From: Euglena gracilis
Taxonomy: Eukaryota
Direction: 5' to 3'
Assembly: GCA_039621445.1 (NCBI GenBank)
Contig: CP154954.1
Coordinates: 21,402,954-21,466,953 of the forward strand
DNA length: 64,000 bases
The stretch's first letter is position 1. Each line of letters starts with the position of its first letter. This document shows positions 12,221-24,960 of this stretch, piece after piece. The notes below the pieces were generated by a model. That model worked only from the letters and a program-made list of their open reading frames with translations, had not been told where the DNA came from and did not search any database. A program made the translations under genes and the position numbers.

Positions 12221-15200
12221 GGTGCCAACCCCACGGGGGGGGGGGGGCTGCTAGGGGCAGGCACCCCATAGCACCCGATCCGACCCCGCCCCCGGCGGGG
12301 GGGCAGGGTTTTGGGAGGTGCCTGCCCGTGGCAGGAACCCCCTCCGACCCCGGCGCAGAAGGCGCCAGGGGCCTGGAAAAGGCCATTTTCAATGAAAATT
12401 TTATCGGTCCCAACGGACCCCTACCCCCCGGGGGGTGTGTGCCTGCTAGGGGCAGGCACCCCACAGCACTACTCCCCCCCCCCCCCCCCCCCCCGGTCGG
12501 TAAGCACAAGCATGACCCAAATGCCCAATCTTGGGGGGGGGGAGGACAATCTGGAGGGGGGGGGGTGATCTGCAATGTTACTGCAGATCACATCGTCCAA
12601 ATGATAGGATTTCGTTCGGTGTCAAACCGGGGATGTAACCCCCCAAATAACTTGGCTTAATGTTTCATAATCCGATGATCAAGGAATTATCCAGTGATCG
12701 TACAAATGGAATTTTTCAATGTGCAATTGATTCCATTTCCTCTCAAATGAAAACATCATCCCAAGGGCTCTGATGACACTTTCAACGTTTTGGATCATTT
12801 ATGGACCATGTCCTCCCGCTTCAAGCGCCCCAGAAATCTGGGGATGGGGCAAAGAATTTTTTTAAAGGTTTGTGGCCCAGGGGGGGGTTGGGCTGAGTGG
12901 GCACCCTGCCGGAGGCGGGGTTTTGTTCTATTTTTTGGCGCAAAGTGCAAAAATAATTTTTGGACTCCAAAAACTGACCCCCCCCCCCCACAAAAGCGGG
13001 CCCCGAGCCCTCCCGGGGGGGAGGGGGGGGTTGACCCCCCCGGGAATGTCTTGGATGGGGGTCCGCCTCTGAATGTGTTTTTTTCCCGGTGTGCAAGCAA
13101 CGACGATGTCGTCGCCCTGATCTGCACTGGCCTCCCTGGCTGCCATGGCCCATTGCCATGGCTGCCACCCCCATACCGGACATCGTTCTTTCCCCTCCAC
13201 TTTACACCCCCTCACGCACCCTTCTGGCGTAGCTCTTGCCGGGGGACGTTCCGTGCAGAGGTGTACTCTCCATCCAGCCCTGCTCTGTGGACTTCTTGAC
13301 ATAAAGTGTGTTTGTGTGTGTGTGCGTCTGTGCATTGCTTTTAAGACGACATACCCTCCCAGGTCAATGAGCTGGGGGGGAATATATTTGATGAAAATAC
13401 ATCTCTTTTGCATCCTTGCAGTCAACTGCACAAGGGCACCGTACTGCACCGGGGGATCCAGTCAGCCTTCACCCCTCTTCGGGCAACTGGACAGCGACGG
13501 ATTGCTTGCTTTCGGGGGTGCAGGGCCAAAAATGGGTCAAAAATGGGCGAAAATGGGTCAGAAAAGGGCTGGCCAGGTCAAATTTGGGGTCAAAAAAATC
13601 GACTTTTTGCATAATTGGCAGTTTTTGGGGGACATTTTTGCAGAGCATTTTTTCAATTTTTTGGCACCCGGTTCGACCCTGGCCGGCCGGCTCCTGGGCC
13701 CCGGGGGGGGGGGGGCAGCAGCCTTTTTCCAGCCAGCCCAAATTTTCCAGCCTCTGAGCTGGATCCCCCAGGGTCATTAAAAAAACGCCCTGTGCTTTAC
13801 GAGACCACCTGGCCACCTGCCATGTGGCTTGTTTGGGACCATCAGGGACTGGGTTTGATATTTATCAACACGAGCATATCATTCTTCATCCATCACACCT
13901 TGCCGTTTTGGACATCTCAGGCCCAGATCTGAACATTTCCTCATTGATTTTGATGTGGGATCAGTGCAAAAGCTTGCTTAGCAGTCTGCCCTCCCAATCC
14001 CTTGTAATGCCTGAATTCGATGAAGAAAAAACGTGTGAAGGGTTTGTGCAGCTGCGTGTTTGTGTGCACATCCATGTGTGTTCACTGAATAGGTTTGCCA
14101 CACCACAAAAATGAAAGCGTGGCATTTTCTATGTGAGGGTGGATTTGACAGCAGCAGTCCAACGACAGCCCTGTGGGAGGCTGACAACCTCTCTTTCAGC
14201 ATAAAGTGCCCAAGTGTATGTATGTGTCTGGGAGGCAGGGCTTGGTCCTGCCCCCCAATCATCCTGGGCATGGCCCACCCCACTGGTAGTTTCTCATTTC
14301 CACTCACCAGGCAGACTGCCGCACATCGATGCTTCTCCATCCATCTGCCATAAGAAGGGAATGCATTGTAGTTCAGGCAAGGATTTGTCGGCAAGGATTG
14401 CCACAAATTTGTGCCACAAATACCGGGGGGGGGGGGAATTGGAGGCCGAAAAAATTGATTGGGAAAAACCTGGCCCTTTTTTGAAAATCCTGCCTCAAAA
14501 ATTTCAAAATCACCCCTTTTCCAGTCATCTTGCAAACAAAACCTGCCAATTTTTTCCGGGCCGTTTTCAGGTTTGCCACCAATTTTTTCGGTTTCCAATT
14601 TTGTCAGCTCTAATTTTATCTAGCTTCAATTTTTTCCCTCCCCGGTAATCACAAATAATCACAACCAAGCACGCAGTTGAGGATTTTCAAAATCATGAAT
14701 ATTCACAAATAATCATGAATAATCTTGAATAATCACAAATGACCATGAACACTAAAATTAAGGAATTTCAGTTTTCATTGGTCAAGAATTTGGGGGGAAA
14801 ATATTGCCAAAAACTCCCAAAATGGAACAAAACGTCACTCAGAAGAATGAAACAAAAAAGGTTTCCAAGACATTGAAATCTGTTTAGGTCAGGCGATTTC
14901 CAAGAAGGCGCCCGTTTTTGGACCAGAAACCACTTTTTTTTGGCAATGTCTCCGTCCAGACGGTCGGTCGGTCGGGCGAGATGCCCACAAAATTTCTGTA
15001 GACAAAGGTGAGGTTTATTTTTCTTGCGGGGGTCCGGGGGGGGGCACTGGAACAGTTTCATACGTCGCGCAATTGGCCCACAAAATAAGTATGTAGACAA
15101 AGATGAGGGTTTTTTTTTTCTTGCCGGGGGGGGGGGCGGGAGCCCCCCCCCCCCCCCCCCCGGGCACTCAAACGGTTTCATACGTCGCGTGATTTGCCCA

Positions 15201-15933
15201 GAAACCAATGCTTCGGAAAAGGTATACGGTGGGTAACCAACTGTGCATAGTATGGGTAAAGGAATGGGGTGGGTGGGATATATGGGGGCATGGGGGGGGG
15301 ATGGGGTGTGGCAGGGTAGAACGGGAATCGGCCGAACAGCCAGGGTTGTGGGTAGGGGGTCGACCACCCCCCCACCCCCTGCATCCCAAAACCCCATTTT
15401 TTCACACCTTTCAAAAATTCAACATTTTCTCAAAATTTTGTTTTTGGGAGGTTTTTGAAGCAAAAAAAAAATGACATTGGAAGTCCAAAAAAATTTCAAA
15501 CAGGAAAAATGTCAGTAAAATTTGATTGTACCAAATTTGGTCCATTTTTCTTGACCTTCGACAGGGGGGGGGAGGGAATGCGCTGCGCATTTTTCCGCAT
15601 TTTTTTGCGCATTTTTGTCCAGAAATGCGCATTTTTTGCGCATTTTTTACATATTTCCCCCCATTTTTGCATATTTTCCATTTTTTGTGCATTTTTTGTG
15701 CATTTTTCACCCAATCTTGCACATTTTCCATTTTTGCGCATTTTTTGCCCAATTTTGCACATTTTCCACCCAAATAACATGCTCACCGAATTTTGCCCAC
15801 GTTCAACTGACCCATTTCTGTAACCAACGAACCCATTTTCGCACTTTTTTTCCCACCCAAGGGACCCGCCTCAAGAGAAACAAGCCTTGGGTGATGAGGT
15901 GTGGGTACTCATCCAATGACGATGAGGATACTA

Positions 15934-16241
15934 CCTACCTCCCCCCCCCCCGGGAAACTGTCATGCCCAAGAACCTGTCAGGGTCCCGCCCGGGAAACTG
16001 TCAGGGTCCCCGGTACCGGCCAACCTGTCAGTATAGGAAGTTGTCAGGGTCCCCGGTACCGGCCAACCTGTCAGGGTCATTTTTCATTGACTTTCCCTTG
16101 AAATGCCCTGTCAGGGTCCCGCCCGGGAATCTGTCAGGGTCCCTGATACTGGCCAACCTGTCAGTATAGGAAGTTGTCAGGGTCCTCGGTACTGGCCAAC
16201 CTGTCAGCTGACAGTTTCCCGGGGGGGGGGGGGGAGGTAGG
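15934..16241. mobile_element. Small TIR element with internal CCTGTCAGGGTCCC minisatellite
   Basis: Inverted ends CCTACCTCCCC...GGGAAACTGTCA and TGACAGTTTCCC...GGGAGGTAGG; interior made of repeated CTGTCAGGGTCCC/GGCCAAC units. Confidence 0.65.
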
Positions 16242-17766
16242 GGTTTCAGAGACCCCACATTGACACGTAACCAAGGCGGGAATCCCACTCCCCTGGTCAC
16301 AAGTAAGGGGCACCATGGCTGACATTGTTGGTTATGGTGAACGGAGAGTGACGCCTTGGTCATATATTTTTTGGCCAAAATGCATTCATTTCAGCTCTTT
16401 TTTGGTGATTTTGGTTTAATTTTGGGTTTACTGTTGGAAATTTTTCCAAGTCCTTTTTCCCTTAGGAATGTCACAAACTCAGCGCATTTTTTGCGCATTT
16501 TTTTGCGCATTTTTTCCGAGGGCCGTCCAGCGCATCCCCCCCCCCCCGCCTTCGTTTTTTTCATCCCCCTCCTGAAAACTACCAGTTTTTAACCCTGAAA
16601 TTTTTGAGATTTTTTTTCTGAAAAAAATTTTTCTTCCCATCAAAAAATCATGTGGTTTGGGTTCATTTTTCAAAAAACATTCAAAAAAAATTTCAAAAAA
16701 ATTTCTGGCCAAAATCCCCGTTTCCCCAAAAATGCTGTGGGGGGTAAACCCCCCCACCTCCCAGGTGGGGGGGGGGTCGACCCTCCACCAGGCCTTCCCG
16801 TTCTGCCCTGGGGTGTGGGGCATGGGGGCCCCATTTTGTGCCATGACTCATAGATGATTTCCAATTTATGAATGATAAGTGCTGGTGAATGAAAGGTCAA
16901 GGTAATCGGGACAAATGCAAGCTGATGAAATCTGGCCTCCTGCAGTTTGTGCAACAATGGCCATGAGGATATGTGTTTTTCAAATTTGCCAAAATTTGCC
17001 AAAATTCACCAATTTTACTGAATTTTGGCAATCTCTTGGCCTTTTTGGGGTTTTTTTGCCAATTTCTGCTGGGAAGTAATCCCATCCCGACTTGGGAAAA
17101 TTTCGCAGATTTGGACCAGATTTTTACCTGCAATCGCAAGTCAAGGCCAGGGCCCGAGAAAAAAATTCGCAGTTTCAGTCATTTTGTGAAATGGGTGTAT
17201 ATTTTGAGCTGTCATTCACACTTTTTCAACAAAAAGCCCCCCAAAAACATGACTTTTGCAATTTAGGGAACAAATATAGAATTTGGTGGCTGAAAACCCC
17301 GAAAATGAAAAAAATTAACAACAGTTTTGCTCCGCCATTTTTAAGGTTTTTTTCCCTCAAGTGCAGATTTGTTCCCTGAGGTTCAGTCATGGCCTGGGCC
17401 AATGATGGCCCTGAATATCTCTTTTTTGGGGGGCACGAACCGCCGGATTTTTTTCCTTGCAGTCAGGGTTTTCCCCCCTTGTCGAAGCACCCACATTACA
17501 AACATATCACTCCCCTCCACTTCATCTTCACCCCGTCTCTTCCGGTGCTTTGACCTCCCCTGGGGGGGGGGGTCGGGCCGAGTGCCCCCCTCTTCTCTAC
17601 CGCCAAGGTTCCGGTCACAGGTTGCAGGTCATGGGGGTGTTACGACCACTCCCCCCGGTCACAGGTTGCAGGAACCCGGTCGTACAACAAGGGGGGGGGG
17701 GCGGGTAATCACTTGGATGGAAAAAGGGGGGTGGGCCTGCTCTTACTGTGCTCACCCCCACAGACC

Positions 17767-17934
17767 GCCCTCCCCACGATGATGCACCCCATCAGCCCCC
17801 TGCGCTTCATGCTGGGCGTGATGACCGTCGGCCCCCTCTCCTTCGTGGGCCTCGTCTGCGGGCTGTACAACGCCGAGGAGGCGTACCACACCCCGGCCTG
17901 GCGCCAGAGCCGCCGCGTCGTGCACAGGGCAGGG
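17767..17934 (+). other. Exon-like 168-bp island, copy 2
   Basis: Differs from 4762-4929 at two positions seen by eye (GGT/GGC, ATG/GTG); preceded by TCTTACTGTGCTCACCCCCACAG. Confidence 0.45.
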
Positions 17935-18382
17935 GCCCCCTCTAATGGCATGGTCCATCTCGTTGTTGTTTTTTTTTTGCAAGCAGACATCGAGCCAGAC
18001 TTTTTTTCAGTCGGGTGCCTACCCCACATGGGGAGGTGGGTGCTAGGGGCAGGCACCCCATAGCACCCCTGCCAACCCCCCCCCCCCGGGGGGGCAGGGT
18101 TTTGGGCAAGCATCCGACCCTGGGTACCCCGGGCTCCCCCGCCCCCCCCCGGGTGTGCCTGCTATGGGCAGGCACCCTATAGCACCCACCCCCCCCCCTC
18201 CCCCAGTCGGGAAAAAAAAAGCTGCACCAAGCCAATTTTTTTGTTTTTCTTGTCTTCCCCTCCCATTGACGTTCGGGTCAAGGGTGATGGACGTTTTTTT
18301 GTTGACTTACACCTGCGCCTTCCTTGCGGGACCTCTTCGGGCCTTGAAAGGGTCCAAAGTCTTGGCTTTGGGTCTCCCAATC

Positions 18383-18754
18383 AGCCAGCCCCGATTCTGG
18401 TCCAGCCAGTTGGAGCCCCCCCCCCCCCCCCGGGGGGATGCTCCTTGCCCTGCTAGCCAGCCCCTTTTTGGAGGGTCCAGCCCAAAAATTTGCAGCGCAA
18501 AGGGCCGGAAAAAGGTGTTCAAAAATGGCAAACATGGTGTTTTGGAGCATTTTTGGGGGGGTTGTATGTGCTCATTTTTTTCAATATTGTGTTTTGCAGG
18601 TATTTTTTTTTTCGGCCATTGTCCGATTTTGGTCCAGCCTGGCCCACCTCAGGTCCAGCCGGGGTCCAACCTCCCCCCCCCCTCGCTGGGGGGGCTAGCC
18701 AGCCCAAATTTCTAGCCCTGGCTCAGCAACCCCCGGGTCCTTAAAGAGATGCAT
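18383..18754. mobile_element. MITE family R2, left-truncated copy
   Basis: Matches the interior and right end (CCTTAAAGAGATGCAT) of 22339-22790; flanked by (T/G)CTCCCAATC at 18373-18382 and 18755-18764. Confidence 0.75.
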
Positions 18755-21700
18755 GCTCCCAATCTTCTTTTTTTGGGTGATTCTGAATTTGCTGCACCGA
18801 GAAAGGTTGAACCCCTTGTTGTATGTCCACCCATGTTGAACGATCACCCCCTGGTCGTTCGCTGTGGGTTGGGGATTTCGGCGACCCACGCCATTGACTG
18901 CAGTGCTCATCAGTTTCCTTTTGGTTTGGGCGGTTGGTGACTCGAGGAAGGGGTGCTTTTCTTTGAAAAGGTGACCCTTCTCAAAGAATGTCTTTGAAAG
19001 GTCATCCAAAATGGAACATTTTTTCCCCCAAATCCCCATTTAGCCCTACCCGTGGGCCTTGGTCCAGACCAATTGCTTTCATTTCGATGACATTTGTTGA
19101 ATTTGAAAGATTTGGGATGCAAACGGCAATGCTATCCCGCCAAGGTGTTTCTGCAATGTCATTTGTGTGTTCTCAATCCAGGCAGGGGATCTTTTTTTTC
19201 ATTGTCTCCAAAGTCAATTCAACATCCTACCCGCCCCCCCCCCCTTGTCGTACGACCACCCCTCATTTACGACCCCCCCCCCGGTCACAGGTTGCAGGTC
19301 ATGGGGGTGTTATGACCACCCCTCCCGGTCACAGGTTGCAGGTTGCGAAAAATTTAACACCACCTTACCTACAACCGCCCCCTCATTTACTACCACCCCC
19401 CGGTCACAGGTTGCAGGAACCCGGTCATACGACAAGGGGGGGGAGCGGATAACAACAAATTCGCCCAGGCTTCTCTGCTCCTCTGTAAAGCAAAGGGAGA
19501 GGGAGGTTCGACCCTCCAACCCCCGAAAGCGTCACGTTTCCTTTTCCCAGCCTGCCCCTGACCCAGGGCAGCGGTGAGCAAGTGGGACCCTGGCGGCAAG
19601 CCACCGAGGAAGCGGAGACCACCGCCGGGATCCGCACCGATGCCGCCGCCCCCATCGCCATGTGAGGCAGGCACCGGACCCCATCCAAGTAAGGCAGCCC
19701 CAGAGCATCTTCACAGCTGTGCTGGGACCCTTTTGAGCTTGGCCGACAGTTCCAAAGTTGGCACGAGCAGCGGGTTTGCTTTTTTGAAATGGAACCTTGC
19801 CCACCTTCAACCCCACCCCTCGAAGCGTGTGGCAGTGGCATTGGGGGCAGCATTGGGGCGCTGTGTTGGAAGAAAAGGGCCTTTTTGCCAATCCCCTCCC
19901 CTTTCCTGCTCATATTTGCCCTCCCCCCCAAAGTTGGTTTATTTTTCCCCCTCCTCGGTTTCTGCGGAGGTTCTCCGGAGAGTCTGGTTGCCTGAGGGCC
20001 CAAAGGTTCCCAGGCTTCAGGACTGGCGCCTGCGTGGCAGGTGCCGTCACCGACTCGCCCATCCCATCGTCTTGTCGTTGTGTGTTGTTGTTGTTGTCGT
20101 GGAAGAAACAACGTCGTGGCAGGGCGTGGACCAGCACAAAAAAAGTGAAGAGCACAAGGTTCAAGCCATTTCAGATTCCGTCTTTTTTTTTGCATTTGTC
20201 GTCAAACTTGAAGCCACCGTTTATTTTTTGATATTTTTTATTTTGCCGGAAAAATTTCCACTCTCTTCGAATGCGTAAGTTTGCTAAAATCTCTGACATC
20301 AGCCACCAAGACCAAGGTTTGGTGGCCCTCGGCTGGGGGCCCGGCGTCCAAGCCAGCAGCCCCCAGCCACGGTGGGGGGCCTGGCCTGTAGCCTGGTGTT
20401 CAGTAACAGGGGAATTAAAATACCTTTACATTAGGCATTTTAGAGCTTCAACTTTTTTTAGGTTCCTAATGCTTTCTTTTGATTTTCCAGTTTTGATATT
20501 TTGAATTTTTTTGACTTTTTGACCCCCCCCAAAATGGCCCCAAAATAGCCAAAAAAGGCTGCATTTGGGGCCAGGCATACAGCTGGCCCTGGCATCCCAT
20601 ACGGAGTGATGGATGGTCCCAGGGGCTTTTTTCTAGGTCAAAATATTTTTTGAAAAATCGATTTTTGGAAATAAATTTGACCCAAAATCTCACCTCGGCG
20701 AAATGTGGTGAGGTGGCATGGCCTGCCCAGTTTGGACCCTTTTCAGTTGAATTACTCACGGGTCTGGCAGGGAGTTGGGGGGGGGGGTCAAACGGGGGTG
20801 CTTCAGAAAGCCGCGATCCAGTCAGATGTGACTGAAAGATAATTCCAGGAATGGGGCCAGTGAATTCCGGGAATGGTGATGATCTGCAGTTTGCATTGCC
20901 GACAGGACTGGAGGGGCTGGACCAGGAGTTTTCTTATCTGCAGGGGGGGGTCCAGCCAGCTTTTTTTCCAGCCGAGCTGTGGACCCCGGGGGTCCGCTGA
21001 AATAAAGTTTGGGCCAGCCGGGCAAACCCGGGCTGGACCAAAAGAATTCTATGCGCAAATTGCTGAATTTTTTTGAAAAAGGGGTCAAAAATGGCCACAA
21101 AAAAATGGCATTTATGGGTGGTTTTTGGGTCTTCACCACCTAATTTTGGCAGAAAAATGCTAACCAGTTGGATTTGGGCTTTTTTGGCAATTTTTTTTGG
21201 TACCCGCTGGGTCCAGCTCCCAGCCAGCCGGACCCCCCGCACCCCCCCCCCCCGGACTCCCCACCCCCTAGGGGGGGTCCAGCCAGCACCTTTTTCCAGC
21301 CGGCCCGCAGGACCCCCTGTTGGTCCTTGAGAAATCCCTGGACACCCTTTTCCCGGTGGTAAAGACAAAAAAAAGACAGGGGGGAGGTGGAAACACAAAC
21401 ACGTTTTTTGAGGGTTTTTTACGTTTTTCGCTTTTGGAAAAATTGGCGGTTTTTTTTGTGTTTTTTTCCCGGCGATTTTGGTATTTTTTTTGTAAATGTC
21501 CTTGACAAAAGACATTCCTTGTTTTGGCCCCGATTTTCCCCTGAGACCAGAAATTTGGTTTATTTTTTGTCATTTTTGCATTTTTTGGTGTTTTCGGCCG
21601 ATTTCGACTGGATTTTGGGTGAGTGGGTGGGTGGTTGACCCCCCCCCCCCCCCGGAGGGTCATGGGTGGGTGGGTTTGCCTTGGTCTGCCCCCCCCCCCC

Positions 21701-22075
21701 CAATGTGATTTGGCATCGTACCAGGCTTCTTGTGAAGTCAGATACCCCCCCCCAGTCTGGCAGGGCAGAACGGGAATCGGCCAAACAGCCAGGGGGGTAG
21801 ACCCCCCCACCACCCACTCTTCCCGTTTTTCTGGTGACACCAGTTTTTGGACCCCAAGAATTTTTCCCGGCGCCAAAGGCGCTGGGGGTGTTTTGGACCC
21901 ATTTTGGGACCCATTTTGGGACCCATGTAGGAGGTCCCCCCAAACCCCCATTTTTTCACACTTTCCAAAATTTCAGTTTCTCAACATTTTGATTTTGAGA
22001 GGATTTTGAAGCAAAAATGCCATTGAAAATCCAACAGAAACCCTGGACCTCTGGCCGGGACCCTGGCTTGGGGTC

Positions 22076-22891
22076 AGACAATTGTTTAAGCACTGACCAA
22101 CCCTCCCCCGGGGGGGGTGGGTGACTGGTTTTTTCAAAGTGACTGACTGGTTTTTTTGCCCGCACCCCCCCCCCCCCCCCCCCGGGGGGGTCGGCCAGGA
22201 GTGGGCAAAAGTGGCTTGAGTGACCCCGGCGCCGAAGGCGCCGGAAAATTTTTTTGGCCTAAAATGGCCTAAAGTGACTGGAAAGTGGCCGTTTTTCTGA
22301 GTGGCCGACCCCCCCCCCCAGGGGGGGGGGTAGTGACCATACATCTCTCTAAGGTTTTGCGAACCCCCCCCCCCCCAGGGGGGCGGCTGCAGCCAGCCCT
22401 GATTTGGGCCCAGCCCAGCCGCAGCAGCACCCCCCCCCCCCCGGGGGGGGGGGTGCTAGCCCAGCTAGCCAGCCCCTTTTTTGGGGGTCCAGCAAAAAAT
22501 TTTTCGGCGCAAAGCAAAGAAATTTTTTGAAAAATTGTGTTCAAAAGTGGCCAAAAATGGGGTTTGGGGGGCGTTTGGGGCATTTTTGGGGGGTTTCAGA
22601 TGCGTCATTTTTTCAAAACTGTGTTCTGCAGGTCATTTTTGGGCATTTTTCCGATTTCAGTCCAGCTGCCCCCGTTCGGGTCCAGCCGGGGCCTAGCCCC
22701 CCCCCCCCCCGGGGGGGGGGGCGGGCTAGCCAGCCCAAATTTCTAGCCCTAGCCCAGCACCCCCCCCCCGGGGTCCTTAAAGAGATGTATGGTAGTGACT
22801 GGCTGGTTTTTTGAAAATGAGTGACTGACTGGTTTTTTGAAAAAGTGGAGTGACCCCCCCCCCCCCCCCAGGGGTCGGTAAGCAATTGTAT
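22076..22891. mobile_element. MITE family R1, copy 3 (interrupted by R2)
   Basis: Ends AGACAATTGTTTAAG...TAAGCAATTGTAT; 10-bp TSD GCTTGGGGTC (22066-22075 and 22892-22901). Confidence 0.9.
22339..22790. mobile_element. MITE family R2, nested in R1
   Basis: TIRs ATACATCTCTCTAAGG and CCTTAAAGAGATGTAT; TSD GGTAGTGAC(C/T) duplicated from R1 sequence. Confidence 0.85.
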
Positions 22892-24309
22892 GCTTGGGGT
22901 CCCGGCCACAGGCCCGGGTGTGGGTTTCAGCGCAAAGCGCCGAAAAAATTTTGGGGAATGGACAGCCCAATTTTTGGGGTGTCCCGTGCTGGGCTGGGTG
23001 GGGGGGACCCCCCCCTCGCCGCGGGGGCCTTCAAAAGAAGTCTGCATCGTAGTCAGTGACGTTGGAATCGGCAACCTTTTGCACAGCTGGCCCCACCTTT
23101 TCAGTGTGTCGCCGCCCTGGCTTGCACTGGCCATCCTCCCCTCCGTGGCGGCCGTCTGGCCCATCGCCGTGGCTGCCACCCCCGTATCGGATATCGTCCC
23201 TCCCCCTGCACCTTGCACCCCCTCGTGCACTCCCCCGGCGTAGCTCTTGCTGGGGGTGTCCTCTGCGGAGGTGTACTCCCCACCCAGCCCTGCTCAGTGG
23301 ACTGCACTCCCTCTGGTGGGTGTAATGTGTAAATGTGCTTTCAAAGGTGTTCTTTCTGTCCCCTCCCCCGCCCCGATGTCCAATGAGCACAACAGTCACC
23401 TCGCTGTTTGTTGGACACAAGGGGGATCAGATTCCGTTTTTTGCAGAACGTATTATAAGTCAGCATTCCATAGTTCAAACGTAGGTTCCCCCCCACCAAA
23501 CACATCACGGTATGAGAAACAGTTGGCGGAAGAGGGTTTGAAGACAATTTTGATGTAAATGCGTTGCCTTGACCTCATTCACTCGAAAACCATTGATTTC
23601 ACGTGTGAAAGCCACACCTCAGCAATGACAAGGGTCCCAGCCAGTGCCCAAGAGGGGTGGGGGGGGGCACAGGGGAAGAAAGCTCAAAAACGGAAACAGT
23701 GAGAAGAGGGGTGAAGGCATCGAACACAGGGCGTAGGGGGGCTCGCGAGTGTGTGTGAACCAGGGGTTTTTTTTAGACTTGGACCCCCTCCCCCGGGGGG
23801 AGGGGGGGTAGGGTGGGTGGGTCCCTTGGACCCCCCTCCCCCCACCCTGGGGTTTTTAGTAAGGCGGGGGGGGGGGGAGGGGGTCGGCACCACCCACCCA
23901 CCCCCTGGGGTGGGGCCCCCCCGGGGGAGGGGGGGGGTCCCGGGGGGCCCACCCACTTTTGCCCGAAAATGGCCAAAAATGCTACAAATAGAAGCTTTTT
24001 CAAATTTTTTGACGCCTGCGGCGCCGAAAAAGATATACCCACCAGCCCCCACCCCCACTGGTGTGAACGCCCAGCAGTCCACAGCAACCGTATGGGAGGC
24101 GCACCATCGCCTCCTGTCTCAGGGTATTTCAGAGCAGCACACCAACGCATCACTGGCTTCGGATGCCAACAAGCTGTCCCCAGTTTTGTGGCCCGATTTG
24201 AGTTGTCGTCATTCAACCGCTTTTCTGCAATGTATCCATCGCCCAGGGGCGGATGAGCTGTTGATTTGCGTCGCCATCGAAGGGAGTATGCCCACAGGCA
24301 GGCACCTAT

Positions 24310-24427
24310 GCCGACCGCAGCCGACCGCACAGCCGACCGCAGCCGACCGCAGCCGACCGCGGGTTTCAGGACTGTCATAGGTGGGGTGCCGACCGCAGCC
24401 GACCGCAGCCGACCGCAGCCGACCGCG
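24310..24427 (+). repeat. GCCGACCGCA 10-bp tandem repeat (also at 25492-25531)
   Basis: Direct tandem units; CTGTCATAGGTG follows a block of units at both loci. Confidence 0.85.
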
Positions 24428-24535
24428 CAACTTTTTTTCTAATTGATGTCAATTTTTCAGTGAGAATGAGGAATTAGGCTCATTTTTATCCCAGATGTTG
24501 AGATTTTTCTGGCTCATCTGGCTCATGTTGTCACT

Positions 24536-24960
24536 TTTGGCCACTTTTGGCCACTTTTGGCCATTTTTGGTCGCTTTTGTCCCCTTTTGGCCCATTTGTC
24601 ACCATAATTCACCCATTTTGATCTATTTTGACATTTTTTGGCCACTTTTTGCCCACTTCTTGTAGTCTTGGGCCATTTTGGGCCATTTTGGGCCATTTTT
24701 GACCATTTAAAGCCATTTTCGACTTTTTCTTTTGTTATTTTTGCCCATTTTTTGGTCTCTTTTTGGTCCAATTTAACCATTTTCAGCATTGTGAGTGAAC
24801 AAAAGCTGCTAAAATGACCCAAATTGGCCAAAAGCAGGGTCATTTTGGGCCATTTTTGGCTTTTTTGGACCACTTTGGGCATTTTTTTTGTTATTTTTGC
24901 CTGCTTTTGGAACTTTTGGCCATTTTAATCATTTTTTGCCACTTTTAGGCCATTTTTAGG
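24536..24960 (+). repeat. Degenerate TTTTGGCCAC-type ~10-bp satellite (inverted related tract ~25320-25420)
   Basis: Periodic T-tracts alternating with GGCC. Confidence 0.7.

Noticed and set aside
15955-16210. CRISPR-like short repeats
   Set aside because: No unique spacers, eukaryotic context, and enclosed by TIRs; it is a minisatellite.
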